A stretch of 64,000 nucleotides of DNA from an uncultured Acidobacteriota bacterium (GTDB lineage: Bacteria; Acidobacteriota; Polarisedimenticolia; J045), in the NCBI GenBank assembly GCA_963702425.1, contig CAVPCQ010000012.1:96001-160000 (forward strand). The letters run 5' to 3'. Positions 45,504-55,576 of the stretch are shown here, in pieces. Position numbers and translations under genes: made by a program. The notes beneath the pieces are model-generated. The model did no database searches. It worked only from the letters and a program-made list of their open reading frames with translations, and was not told where the DNA came from. The number at the start of each line of letters is the position of its first letter. Position 1 is the stretch's first letter.

Positions 45504-46481
45504 TCAGCCGCCCGCGTCGGCCAGCCGCTTCTCGAGGCTCGGGAGGTTCGGGTCGTCCGGCTTGACCTTCTTCAGGGTGTCGATCCAGCGCCGCGCCGAG
45601 GCCTTGTCCCCGGCGTCGAGTGCGATCACGACCGCGTTGAATGCAGCCTGCCACTGCTGCGGGTTGGCGGTGAGCGCGCGCTCGAACAGCTGAAGCGCCT
45701 CCGGCACCCGGCCCTGCTGGGCGACGACGAAGCCGAGGTCGGTGATCACGCCCGCGGCGAGCGGATTGACCGCCAGCGCGCGGCGATACGACGCCTCCGC
45801 CAGGGCCCACTGGCCGGAGTCGTAGTAGAAGTTGCCGGCCTTGGATTGCGCGTCGAAGTCGTCGGGCATCGCCTTGCCGTCGGCCACGACTTTCCGGATG
45901 GCTTCGAGTTCGGCCTGCATCTGGCCCGCCACCGGCGCACCGGGCGCTCGTCGCTGGAACTCCGCCAGCGCACGGCTCGCCGCGTCGAGGTCGCCCGCAC
46001 CGTGCAGCGCGACATCGAAGGACAGCGCCGCGGCCTGGGCGTCGCTGCGCTCGGTGTCGAGCACCTTCATCGCCATCTCGAGCGCCTTCTTCGGCTGGCG
46101 CGCGGTGCGATAGGCGACCGCCACGCGGCCCATGATCTGGGCGTTCCCGGGATCGCCGGCCAGCGCACGCTCGTAGTGGGAGATCGCCTCCGGGACGGCC
46201 TGCTGCTGCAGCAGGAAGTCGCCCAGCGCAACCAGCGCCGGAACGTCGTTCGGGTTCTGCGCGAGGCGCGCGCGCATCTCTTCGAAGGACGGCGCGCCGC
46301 CGGCCTGGCCCGCGCCGCCCGCCATGCCGGGGACGCCTCCCTGGGGCGCGGGGGCCTGGGCCTGACGAACGGGGGCGCCGACCCCGCCGCCGCCGAAGAG
46401 GACGTTCCCGAGCACCAGGCCGACGACCAGTCCGAGGACTGTGCCGGCTGCGAGAAACAGGCCCTGATCCTTCCGCATCAC
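45504..46481 (-). CDS. TPR repeat protein with N-terminal TM helix
   Basis: Repeated A...Y.RAL..P TPR motifs. Confidence 0.82.
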   Translation of the reverse strand: MMRKDQGLFLAAGTVLGLVVGLVLGNVLFGGGGVGAPVRQAQAPAPQGGVPGMAGGAGQAGGAPSFEEMRARLAQNPNDVPALVALGDFLLQQQAVPEAISHYERALAGDPGNAQIMGRVAVAYRTARQPKKALEMAMKVLDTERSDAQAAALSFDVALHGAGDLDAASRALAEFQRRAPGAPVAGQMQAELEAIRKVVADGKAMPDDFDAQSKAGNFYYDSGQWALAEASYRRALAVNPLAAGVITDLGFVVAQQGRVPEALQLFERALTANPQQWQAAFNAVVIALDAGDKASARRWIDTLKKVKPDDPNLPSLEKRLADAGG

Positions 46482-46517
46482 GTCCTCCGCAACCTCGAAA
46501 CGGCAAAGCTCTGCACC

Positions 46518-46685
46518 CTAGTGTCCCGATTCCGTCTTGGGTTGACAACCAAGGCCGCCGAAGCGCCTGCGGGGCAAGGCGCGAGGACGCCGGCGTACTC
46601 GCGCCGTACGCCAAGGACGAGCAACGCCGCCCTGCGGGATGCAGCGGCGGCCGACTGTCAAGCCAAGACGGATTTGGGACACTAG
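46518..46685. mobile_element. 168-bp MITE-like element, copy 2 (CTAG ends)
   Basis: Same length and near identity to 9499-9666; intergenic between divergent genes. Confidence 0.88.
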
Positions 46686-46761
46686 CCCTGGACCGGTGGG
46701 GCGTCAACCGCGGTCCCGCGGGGCGCTGGCGGCGCGCCTGCGGGACCCGGAGAATCGCTCG

Positions 46762-47811
46762 ATGCCCGCCGACGACGACGCCCCGATCAACCTCTACGGT
46801 CTCGAGGAGGAGGCCCTCGCCACCCTGCTCGCGCCGCTCGATCCGGCGCGATTCCGGTCCCGCCAGGTCTTCGCCTGGATGTACGGGCGCGGCCTGGCCG
46901 ACCCCTCGGCCTGGACCGACCTGCCGAAGGCGTTGCGGACCGCGCTGGCCGGGCGCTACGCCGCCCTTCGGCCGCGCATCGCCTCCCGCCACCCGGCGTC
47001 GGACGCCACGATCAAGTTCGTGCTCGATCTGCCGCGGGGCGGTCAGGTCGAGGCGGTCGCGATCCCGACCGAGGAGCGAATGACGTTCTGCATCTCCTCG
47101 CAGGTCGGATGCGGCTTCGGTTGTGCGTTCTGCATGACCGCGAAGCTCGGCTTCACCCGCAACCTCGACGCCGGCGAGATCGTCGGCCAGGTCGCGGCGC
47201 TGCTCACCGAGACCGGCACCTCGGCTGGCGAGTACAACGTCGTTTTCATGGGGATGGGCGAGCCGCTGCAGAACCTCGAGAGCGTGCTGGCGGCGCTCCG
47301 GATCCTGACCCACGAGCGCGGCTTCGGCCTGGGCCCGCGGCGGATCACGATCTCGACCGTCGGGCTGCCGAAGGGGATCCGTCGCCTGGCGCAGGAAAAG
47401 GTCGTGCCGCGCCTCGCCGTCTCGCTGGTGGCCGCCGACCCGGAGGTGCGCGGGAGCCTGATGCCGATTGCCCGGTCGGTGACGCTCGACGAGCTGGCCG
47501 ACGCGGTCCTGGAGTTCGCCCGGGGGCGGCGTGACGAGCCGACCCTCGAGTGCGTCATGCTCGACGGAGTCAACGACGCGCCGGAGCTGGCGCACAAGTT
47601 GGCGAAACTCGCCCGGCGCGCCGGCGCCAAGGTCAACCTGATCGAGTTCAACCCGACACCCGCGCTTCCCTATCGACCCTCGTCCGAGGCGCGCCTGGAG
47701 TACTTTCTCCGCGTGCTCTCCGAGGCGGGGGTCGTCGGGACGGTCCGCCGCTCGCGCGGCAAGGACGCGTTCGCAGCCTGCGGCCAGCTGGCCTTCCTGA
47801 CAAAACCGTAG
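46762..47811 (+). CDS. rlmN: 23S rRNA (adenine(2503)-C2)-methyltransferase
   Basis: CISSQVGCGFGCAFC, VFMGMGEPL and AACGQL motifs. Confidence 0.95.
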   Translation: MPADDDAPINLYGLEEEALATLLAPLDPARFRSRQVFAWMYGRGLADPSAWTDLPKALRTALAGRYAALRPRIASRHPASDATIKFVLDLPRGGQVEAVAIPTEERMTFCISSQVGCGFGCAFCMTAKLGFTRNLDAGEIVGQVAALLTETGTSAGEYNVVFMGMGEPLQNLESVLAALRILTHERGFGLGPRRITISTVGLPKGIRRLAQEKVVPRLAVSLVAADPEVRGSLMPIARSVTLDELADAVLEFARGRRDEPTLECVMLDGVNDAPELAHKLAKLARRAGAKVNLIEFNPTPALPYRPSSEARLEYFLRVLSEAGVVGTVRRSRGKDAFAACGQLAFLTKP

Positions 47812-47910
47812 GGGCCGGCCTCTGTGCCGGCCCACCACGCGCCCGTACGGGCCGGCCTCTGTGCCGGCCCGCACGACGCCGGCCCGCTACGCGCCCGTAC
47901 GGGCCGGGGC
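47807..47910. repeat. Tandem REP copies between rlmN and rho
   Basis: CGTA(G/C)GGGCCGGCCTCTGTGCCGGCCC twice plus a partial third copy. Confidence 0.8.
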
Positions 47911-49161
47911 TCCGAGGCTCGACAGGAAGTCGTTGTTGGTCTCGAACGCCGAGAGCTTCTTCAGGAGCGCTTCGACGGCGTCGACTGCGCTCATGGTGGA
48001 GAGGGCGCGCCGCAGCAGATGGACTTTCGGGGTCCACTCCTTCAGCAGCTTCTCCTCCTTGCGGGTCCCGGTCTGGTGGATATCGATGCAGGGGAAGACA
48101 CGCTTCTCGAACAGCTTGCGGTCGAGGACGATCTCGGTGTTTCCCGTACCCTTGAACTCCTGGAAGATGATCTCGTCCATCTTGGACCCGGTGTCGACCA
48201 GGCAGGACGCGATGATCGTCAGCGAGCCCCCTTCCTCGCAGCGCCGCGCCGCGCCGAAGAAGCGGCGCGGATTCTCGAGCGTACGCGAGTCGATGCCGCC
48301 GGTGAGGATCTTGCCGGAGCCGCGCTGCTCGACGTTGTAGGCCCGCGCCAGGCGCGTCAGCGAGTCGAGCAGGATCAGCACATCCTTGCCCGACTCGACC
48401 AGGCGCTTCGCGCGTTCGAGCACGATCTCGGCGACCGAAACGTGGTTGCGCGCCATCTCGTCCGAACTCGACGCGATGACCTCGCCGTTCGGGACACGCC
48501 GGCGCCAGTCGGTGACCTCCTCCGGGCGCTCATCGATCAGCAGCACGATCAGGTGCATATCGGGGTGGTTGACCGCGACCGCGTGAGCCACCTGCTGCAG
48601 CAGCGTCGTCTTGCCCGCCTTCGGCGGCGCGACGACGAGGCAGCGCTGACCCTTGCCGATCGGCGCGACGAGATCGACCACGCGCGGCTCGATCGGTTCG
48701 CGGCCCGTCTCGAGGCGGACGACCTCCTCGGGCGAGGTGGCGGTGAGGTCGGCGAAGTGGCGCCGGTTCTCCCACGCCTCGGCCGGCGCGCCGTTGATCT
48801 CCTGGATCTCGTAGAGCGCCGGGCCGCGCCGGCCGGTTGGCCGGGCCGTCCCCCGGATCTCGACCCCCTCCTCGAGCCGCCGGTCGCGGATGATGTCGGG
48901 CGCGACCCAGATATCGTCGGGACGCGGCAGGTAGTTCGCCTTCTGTGTCCGCAGGAAGCCGTATGCCTCCGGCAGGACCTCGAGCACGCCGTGCGCTTCG
49001 AGGGGCTCCGAGTTCGTCGACTCCGACGCGCTCTCGGCGGCAGCGCTCACCGCCCCCTCGGCCGCCCGCTGCCCGCCGTTTCCGTCCGGGCGGCGGCGAC
49101 GACGACGACGCTTGAAACCACCCTTCTTCTCCGCAACACCCTTGGCCGATTCCTGGTTCAC
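47887..49161 (-). CDS. rho: Transcription termination factor Rho
   Basis: YGFLR, PIGKGQR, APPKAGKT, DERPEEVTD, LDSLTRLARA and FKGTGN motifs. Confidence 0.95.
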   Translation of the reverse strand: MNQESAKGVAEKKGGFKRRRRRRRPDGNGGQRAAEGAVSAAAESASESTNSEPLEAHGVLEVLPEAYGFLRTQKANYLPRPDDIWVAPDIIRDRRLEEGVEIRGTARPTGRRGPALYEIQEINGAPAEAWENRRHFADLTATSPEEVVRLETGREPIEPRVVDLVAPIGKGQRCLVVAPPKAGKTTLLQQVAHAVAVNHPDMHLIVLLIDERPEEVTDWRRRVPNGEVIASSSDEMARNHVSVAEIVLERAKRLVESGKDVLILLDSLTRLARAYNVEQRGSGKILTGGIDSRTLENPRRFFGAARRCEEGGSLTIIASCLVDTGSKMDEIIFQEFKGTGNTEIVLDRKLFEKRVFPCIDIHQTGTRKEEKLLKEWTPKVHLLRRALSTMSAVDAVEALLKKLSAFETNNDFLSSLGAPARTGA

Positions 49162-49198
49162 CTTGCCGTCCTGTCCGGGGTTTCGCTCCCGGTGTCGT

Positions 49199-49900
49199 TC
49201 ATCCCGCGTTTGCCGCGAGGCCGCGCACCGTCGGGTGCGCATCGGCGACGAGCCGCTCGAGTGCGGCCTGCCTCTCCGGCGTGGGCGGCAGCGCGACCAG
49301 CGCGCCGGCCAACCGGGCCCTGACTACCCAGTCCGGGTCGGCCACGAACGCGGCCGCCCGTCCGGCTCCGTCGATCCGCACGCACGCCGCAACGGCGTGC
49401 GCACGCAACAGCGCGTCGGTTTCGTTCCGCGCCGCCGCGCACGCCCTTTCCAAAAGGCGAGCGCGCACGCGCTGGTCGGTGCCGCGACCGGCGACCTCGC
49501 AGGCGAGCAGCGTCCGCTCCGCGGACCCGCGTCCGGTGTTTTCGAGCAATCGTGCTCCCACGTCATCCGGGTTCAGGTGCAGCAACGCGTGCACCGCGCA
49601 ACCCCTCACCAACGGATCCGGGTCATCGAGACCCGCCACGAGCGCCGCCGCCGACACGCCGGGCGCCTGGCCCAGCAGCCGCACGCGCTCCGCGCGGGCG
49701 ATCGATCCGGAGCCCCCGCGAAGAGGCGCCGGAAACGGGACCGTGCCGTCCCTTGGAACTTCGAGTCTCTCGGAGGGGCTGTGCGATGGAACGCTAGGAG
49801 AGTCCGGCGACACCCCGCAGCCGAGAAGGATTCCCAGAGGAATCGCCGCGACCGCCACAGAGGGTCGCGACCGTCGGCTCACTCGCACCGACTGCACGGA
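49199..49900 (-). CDS. HEAT-repeat protein, possible lipoprotein (start uncertain)
   Basis: ILLGC lipobox-like segment; DPDPLVR, DPDWVVR and DAHPTVR repeats. Confidence 0.65.
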   Translation of the reverse strand, partial: SVQSVRVSRRSRPSVAVAAIPLGILLGCGVSPDSPSVPSHSPSERLEVPRDGTVPFPAPLRGGSGSIARAERVRLLGQAPGVSAAALVAGLDDPDPLVRGCAVHALLHLNPDDVGARLLENTGRGSAERTLLACEVAGRGTDQRVRARLLERACAAARNETDALLRAHAVAACVRIDGAGRAAAFVADPDWVVRARLAGALVALPPTPERQAALERLVADAHPTVRGLAANAG

Positions 49901-50076
49901 GACTAGCAGACGTCTCACCGTCTTGTCCAGAACCGATGTCCCCAAGGGGAGCTGCGCGGACCGCGCCGGGACGGCGGGCTGCGAAAGGCCCCGGACTGCT
50001 CCGGAGCCGTCGTTCACGGGATCGAGGGGCGAACTGCCCCCGGTCGATTGTTGTTCCGGGGAGCCCGCCGCGCAAG

Positions 50077-50952
50077 TCAGGGTGCGCCGGGCGGGGTTCC
50101 GGGGGGCGGTCCGATGTCGGGGACGATCTCCTCTTCCGGAGCGACCGGGGGCTCGATCGGCACCGTCGGCGCCGGAGGCCGGCGGAGCGGCGCTGCCGTG
50201 GGCGCGGCCGGCGCCGGCACCGCCGCGAAGGCGTCCGCCTCGAGCGGGCCCACCCCCAGGCGGAGGAGCGACTCGGAAGCCGCCCCGCGGACGAGCGGGT
50301 TCTCGTCCTTGGCCAGGGCGAAGAGTGCGTCGCGGGCCCGCTCTTCCCGCACCGCGCCGAGCGCGCGGGCCGCGCGCGCCCGGACCTCGGGATCGGGGTC
50401 GGTCACGGCAGCGATCAGCGGATCCGCCGCCAGCGGCGAGGCGATGGTCGCCAGCGCGCGTGCCGCCTCGCGCCGCACCAGGGGGTCGCTGTCGCGCATC
50501 GCGGTCATCAGTGCGGGGAGCGACTCGGCCGGTGCGATGTCGGCCAGCGCCTGCACGGCGCGCCGCCGCACCACCGGCACCGGATCGAGCACCAGTTCGG
50601 CCAGGATCGAGGCCGTCTCGGGGCGACGGAACCGGGCCAGCGCGGCCGCCGCAGTGACCCGCACGCCCGCATCCGGGTCGCGCGCGGCGCGTGCCAGCAG
50701 GGTCACCCCCTCCGGCAGCCCCAGCCGCCCGATCATCGCCGCCGCGGTCACGCGTACGCCGGGCGAGCGATCTTCGATCGCCGCCTCCAGCAGTTTCACG
50801 TCGAGGCGGTTCTCGCGCTCGGCCGCGTAGAGCGCCTGCACGCCGCCCGCGGGCCCGCGCGCGCAGCCGACCTCCCCCAGCACGGCGACGAGCGCCGCGA
50901 CGAGCACGGGGGCCAGGCGTGACGGAACGATGGGGACGCGGGAGGTTCTCAT
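50077..50952 (-). CDS. HEAT-repeat protein with signal peptide
   Basis: Repeated D.D..VR..AA.AL motifs; ATGA overlap with the yjbQ-like gene. Confidence 0.8.
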   Translation of the reverse strand: MRTSRVPIVPSRLAPVLVAALVAVLGEVGCARGPAGGVQALYAAERENRLDVKLLEAAIEDRSPGVRVTAAAMIGRLGLPEGVTLLARAARDPDAGVRVTAAAALARFRRPETASILAELVLDPVPVVRRRAVQALADIAPAESLPALMTAMRDSDPLVRREAARALATIASPLAADPLIAAVTDPDPEVRARAARALGAVREERARDALFALAKDENPLVRGAASESLLRLGVGPLEADAFAAVPAPAAPTAAPLRRPPAPTVPIEPPVAPEEEIVPDIGPPPGTPPGAP

Positions 50953-51371
50953 GCGCCGATGATCTTGATCAGGACGCGCTTCGGGCGGCGGCCGTCGAAC
51001 TCCCCATAGAAGATGTGCTCCCACGGCCCGAGGTCCAGCCGGCCGTTCGTCACCGCCACGACGACCTCGCGCCCCATGATCTGCCGCTTGTGGTGGGCGT
51101 CGGCATTGTCCTCGCCGGTGCGGTTGTGCCGGTAGCGCTGTGGGCCGGCGTCGAACGGCGCGAGCTGCTCGAGCCAGCGCTTGTAGTCCTCGTGCAGACC
51201 GGACTCGTTGTCGTTGATGAAGACGCTGGCCGTGATGTGCATCGCGTTGACGAGGCACAGACCTTCCTGGACGCCGCTCTCGGCGACGGCCTGCTCGACT
51301 TCGCGCTGAAGGCTCACGAAGTCCATCCGCGCCGGGACGTTCATCGTCAGCTCGCGGCGGAAGCTCTTCAC
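50949..51371 (-). CDS. yjbQ: YjbQ family (secondary thiamine-phosphate synthase) protein
   Basis: [17 protein letters not shown] and [16 protein letters not shown] motifs. Confidence 0.9.
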   Translation of the reverse strand: MKSFRRELTMNVPARMDFVSLQREVEQAVAESGVQEGLCLVNAMHITASVFINDNESGLHEDYKRWLEQLAPFDAGPQRYRHNRTGEDNADAHHKRQIMGREVVVAVTNGRLDLGPWEHIFYGEFDGRRPKRVLIKIIGA

Positions 51372-51396
51372 GGGGGCGCCCCGGATCCGGACGGAC

Positions 51397-51438
51397 GGCC
51401 CATCGGTCGCGGCCCATCGGTCGCGGTCCATCGCTCGA
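51397..51438. repeat. Intergenic 14-bp tandem repeat (3 copies)
   Basis: GGCCCATCGGTCGC twice plus a degenerate third copy. Confidence 0.7.
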
Positions 51439-51444
51439 CGTCCA

Positions 51445-51747
51445 TCAATCGTAATCCATCGGGTTGATGCGCTTCTTCGGGTCCTTCTCGGCCTTTTCTT
51501 TCGCGACCTCGAACTTTCGATCGAGCAGCTCGGTCCGCTTGCGCTCGACTTTGAAGGCCTGCGTGAAGTCCTCTTCGCGCCGCTGGTCGGCCGTCTTCAG
51601 GTCGCCCAGCGCGTCCTCGAAGTCCTTCCGGGCCCCCGCCGGCGGCGTGGCGTCGATCACGGCCCCGGTCTCGCGGTCGACGGTGAGCCGGCCACGGCAG
51701 AGCGGGCAGTCGAGATGGAGGTTCTGGTCGCGCGGCGAACCGGTCAT
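51445..51747 (-). CDS. Small conserved hypothetical protein with CPxC motif and coiled C-terminus
   Basis: [17 protein letters not shown]...LLDRKFE...NPMDYD; GGAGG RBS. Confidence 0.75.
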   Translation of the reverse strand: MTGSPRDQNLHLDCPLCRGRLTVDRETGAVIDATPPAGARKDFEDALGDLKTADQRREEDFTQAFKVERKRTELLDRKFEVAKEKAEKDPKKRINPMDYD

Positions 51748-51836
51748 GGGAGAACCCTCCGCGGAAGGCGCGCAGAAGGTTCCCCCGAGTCGGTCCCGGG
51801 ACGCAACCCGGCGTCGTGCGCCGGCCCCGGCCGCCC

Positions 51837-54800
51837 CTACGGGCAGCCGGGCGGCACCTGCCGTTCCGTCCCGTCGCTCGTCCGGCCGGCGCTCCCCTGG
51901 GTCCCGCTGAAGTAGCCGGTCACGAGGTACCAGCGGGCCATTCCCGGCGCCGGGCGCTCCGGCGCCTCGGCGAAGGGAACGGGGGTGCCGGGCCAATAGC
52001 ACTGGCCGTAGGTCGCGCCGCCGAGCGAGAGGGTCAGGTCGCTGTAGACCGAGTAGCTGGATGCGCTCTGCTCGCGGCTCCAGAGCAGGCGATCCTGCGC
52101 CCCGCGCTCGATCGTCACCCCGTTGATCTCCCGGTCGTCGCCGTCGCAGGCGTCGCCGAGACCGTCCGCGTCGCGGTCGAGCTGGCGGCCGTTGGCGTTT
52201 CGGGCGCAGTTGTCGGAGCCGTCGGGGACGCCGTCGTCGTCGTCGTCCGGGTCGATCGCGTTCGGCTGGCCGTCGCCGTCGGCGTCGGGGTCGCAGGCGT
52301 CGCCCACCCCGTCACCGTCGCCGTCCTGCTGCAGCGGGTCGGCTGCGGAGGGACACCGGTCGCAGGCGTCGCCGACACCGTCCGCGTCCGCGTCGGCCTG
52401 GGCCGGGTTGGCCACGAACGGGCAGTTGTCGACGTTCGCCCCCACCCCGTCGAGATCGTTGGCGTCGTCGAACGGGTCGCCCGCAAACCGATCGCAGGGG
52501 TTGCCGCGGCCGTCGCGGTCGCTGTCCGCCTGGTCGGCGTTGGCGTCGAAGCGGCAGTTGTCGGCCGCGTTGCCGACGCCGTCCAGGTCCCAGTCGGTGG
52601 CAGCGGCGACGTCGCAGGGGGACGGCTTGGGCCGCGGGGTGCCGTCCGAGCGCCGCCCGGCGCTCCCCTCGGTCGTGGCGTCGCGCGCCGTGACGAGGTA
52701 CCAGAAGATCCCCCCCGGCTCCGGGCTGTCGGACAGGTAGGACCGGTTGACGGCCGCCTGCGGCCGATAGCAGTAGCCCGGGTGGCCCGACTTCAGGCGA
52801 TCGGCCAGGCCGAAGTAGACGTTGTAGGACTGCGCTCCCTCCTCGAGTTCCCACTCGAGCCGGGCCTGCCGCCCCGTCACGAAGCGCGCACGGACGTTCT
52901 GCACGATCAGGTCGTTCGTGTCGCAGTCGTCCCCTTCCCCGTCGCTGTTCTCGTCGGACTGCCGGGCGTTGCGGACGAAGTCGCAGTTGTCGGAGGCGTC
53001 GCCCAGCCCGTCGTCGTCGTCGTCGGTGTCGGCGGCGTTGGCCTGCCCGTCGTTGTCGACGTCGCCGTCGCAGGCGTCGCCGGTCCCGTCGCGGTCGAGA
53101 TCGCGCGTGACCGCCTCGACCAGCGACTTGCAGTAGTCGCAGGCGTCCCCGTACTTGTCGCCGTCGGCGTTCTCCTGGAAAAGGTTGCCGCGGTCCGGGC
53201 AGTTGTCGATCGTCGAGGGGAAGCCGTCGCTGTCGATGTCGTTGTCGGGATCGGTCCGGAACGGGTCGCACAGGTCGCCCAGGCCGTCGAAGTCGGCGTT
53301 GGCCTGCGCGGCGTTCGGGTAGTTGTCGCAGTTGTCGCGGTCGTTCGGCACGCCGTCGCCGTCGGGATCGAACGGGTCAATCGACTGGCCGACCCCGTTG
53401 CCGTACGGGTTCGACTTGGTCGCGCTGTCGCGGTAATCGGGGTAGACGGCCAGGTAAGCGGCCCCGGAAGCGGAGGCGACGACGTTCACGCTGTCGGACG
53501 AGCCGGGGGGCGTCCCGACGTCGAGCCGCCGCTCCGGCAGGAAGCTGATCCCGCCGTCCTTCGACTCGACCGCGAAGATGTCGCGGGCCGTCGGTCCGCC
53601 GCCGGCGTTCCGGTTGTCCGAGAGGACGACGGTCACGTTGAGGCCGCTGGCCACGAGCTCCCAGATGGCCGCGGGCACCGTGCCCGGGGCGACGCCGAGA
53701 TTGACGCGCTGGGCGGCCGACCAGGTCGCGCCGCCGTCGGCACTGACGGTGAAGTAGAGGTCCCTCCCGCCGTTCCGCGAGTCTTCCCACGCGACGTAGA
53801 AGCGCTCCGGCGACTGGCTGGCGACCAGCCGCGGCGCCCTCGCGTTCGAGCCCGCCGGGCCCCCATCGACGCGCACCTCGGTCGGCAGCCACGTCGCACC
53901 GCCGTCGCGCGAAATGTTGAAGTAGATGTCCCAGTCGCCACCGCGCTGGTCCTGCCACACGGCTGCCACCGTGCCCGCCGCGGGGGTGCCGAAGCAGACA
54001 AGCCGGGGCAGCTCGGACTCGGTGCCGGCCGGCGCCGTGTCGCCGCTGTCGAGCTTCTTCTCCGAACCGAACGTCACCGCGTCGTCGGCGGACGAGCGGA
54101 TCAGGATCCGCCCGGGGTACGAGCCGGTATTCATCGGCGTCGGGTGGCGCCTGTCCTTCCACGCAACGTGGACGCGGCGGTTTGCGTCGGCGCAGGCGGT
54201 GACCTCGGTGGCGCGCTCGACCTGGGCTGAGAGGTCGACGATGTTCAGCTTCCTCTTGGCGGCCCAGCTGGCGCCGCCGTTCGTGGTCGCGCGCAGGTAG
54301 ACCGAGTTCAGCCCCAGCCCGCCTCCCTCGCTCTCGTCATGCCAGATCGCGTAGGCCTTGCCGCCGGGTACCGCGAGCAGGGTGTGGCCGTAGGAGAGGG
54401 GCAGACCCGAGGGGGGTGCGTAGAGCAGCGCGAGGTTGATCGGCGCGCCGAAGGTCTCGCCGCGATCGCTGGAGGCGACGACATAGAAGTCGCCGTTGTC
54501 GAAGTTGCGGTTCGCGAAGAGGACGTAGACGAACTGGTCGCCGGCCGAGCGTGCGAGGGCGAGCTTCATGTCGCCGTCGATCGAGCCGGGCGAGAAGTTC
54601 GTGCTCACCCGCTGGTCGGCATCGCGCCAGGTCGCACCCTGGTTGACCGAGACGTTGAAGACGGCTTCGTGGCCGTTGAAGTAGCGCCGCCGGATGTAGG
54701 CCGAGTAGGCGCGGTCGTTCTTCAGCTCGACGCTCGCAGCATCGACGATGTTGGATGAGAGCGCTCCGGGAAGCGGGCTTTCGACCCTTGCGTCCGGGGA

Positions 54801-54893
54801 CTTCGGCGACTGCGCAGCCGCCGGCCGGGCCCCGGCCGAGACGAGCGCGAGCCCGATCACCCCGAGCGCGAGCCGGCTGGTATTCCGTGCCAT
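51837..54893 (-). CDS. Large secreted protein: BNR/Asp-box sialidase-like propeller, thrombospondin type-3 repeats and two Cys-ended domains
   Basis: AAGGAGG RBS; signal peptide; repeated S.DGG.TW boxes; DNCP...Q.D.D.DG.GDACD repeats. Confidence 0.9.
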   Translation of the reverse strand: MARNTSRLALGVIGLALVSAGARPAAAQSPKSPDARVESPLPGALSSNIVDAASVELKNDRAYSAYIRRRYFNGHEAVFNVSVNQGATWRDADQRVSTNFSPGSIDGDMKLALARSAGDQFVYVLFANRNFDNGDFYVVASSDRGETFGAPINLALLYAPPSGLPLSYGHTLLAVPGGKAYAIWHDESEGGGLGLNSVYLRATTNGGASWAAKRKLNIVDLSAQVERATEVTACADANRRVHVAWKDRRHPTPMNTGSYPGRILIRSSADDAVTFGSEKKLDSGDTAPAGTESELPRLVCFGTPAAGTVAAVWQDQRGGDWDIYFNISRDGGATWLPTEVRVDGGPAGSNARAPRLVASQSPERFYVAWEDSRNGGRDLYFTVSADGGATWSAAQRVNLGVAPGTVPAAIWELVASGLNVTVVLSDNRNAGGGPTARDIFAVESKDGGISFLPERRLDVGTPPGSSDSVNVVASASGAAYLAVYPDYRDSATKSNPYGNGVGQSIDPFDPDGDGVPNDRDNCDNYPNAAQANADFDGLGDLCDPFRTDPDNDIDSDGFPSTIDNCPDRGNLFQENADGDKYGDACDYCKSLVEAVTRDLDRDGTGDACDGDVDNDGQANAADTDDDDDGLGDASDNCDFVRNARQSDENSDGEGDDCDTNDLIVQNVRARFVTGRQARLEWELEEGAQSYNVYFGLADRLKSGHPGYCYRPQAAVNRSYLSDSPEPGGIFWYLVTARDATTEGSAGRRSDGTPRPKPSPCDVAAATDWDLDGVGNAADNCRFDANADQADSDRDGRGNPCDRFAGDPFDDANDLDGVGANVDNCPFVANPAQADADADGVGDACDRCPSAADPLQQDGDGDGVGDACDPDADGDGQPNAIDPDDDDDGVPDGSDNCARNANGRQLDRDADGLGDACDGDDREINGVTIERGAQDRLLWSREQSASSYSVYSDLTLSLGGATYGQCYWPGTPVPFAEAPERPAPGMARWYLVTGYFSGTQGSAGRTSDGTERQVPPGCP

Positions 54894-55576
54894 CCACACC
54901 CTCCTTGATGGTCAGACCGCTCCCCACTCCTGGCCGCTCCCGCTGAAGCGATGCCGACGAGGTGGAGATCCGCGCGAGCGTATATACGGCGAGCGCGCGG
55001 GAGCGAGGGGGCGGTTTTTGTCGGTTTCTCGATCCGTCTGTCGCAGCCGCGGGCGTCGAACGCGTTCACTTGACGCGTCCTGCATGGACGATCGTCGATT
55101 TCGTAACCGGACGGCGGATCCTGAAACCGCGCGGACCTCCTCGGCCCCGCGGTCTGTCACTTCAGTCACGGAGCGGGCCCGTCGGTCCAGGCCCGCCCCG
55201 AGCGAACTAATTCGTCCCTGCTGGTGGATTTCTCACCGCTGTCTCACCGCCCTCGGTCCACTCCAGTTTTTTTGCTTGCTTTCCCCTTCCCATACGGGTC
55301 TATTTCTGCGCGTCAGGTCGGAGCTCCGCTCCAGCAGACCCCTCCTTCTGAGCTGCCCGGGGGGACGGGGACGGCCCGCGGGGATCCGAGGGCGGATCCA
55401 GGGAACACTTCACCTTCTGGGGCAGGGCCCAGGGGCGAGGCGTACTGGAAGCCTGGCCGGGCACGGAGGACTTCAAGTCCCGGGCCCAAGCGCCGCCCGA
55501 AGGGAAGGCGAGGAGTTGTCAGGTCATGCGAAGACATCCGGAATACCCTGCGCCTGGAGGAAAGGAGCCTAAGACG

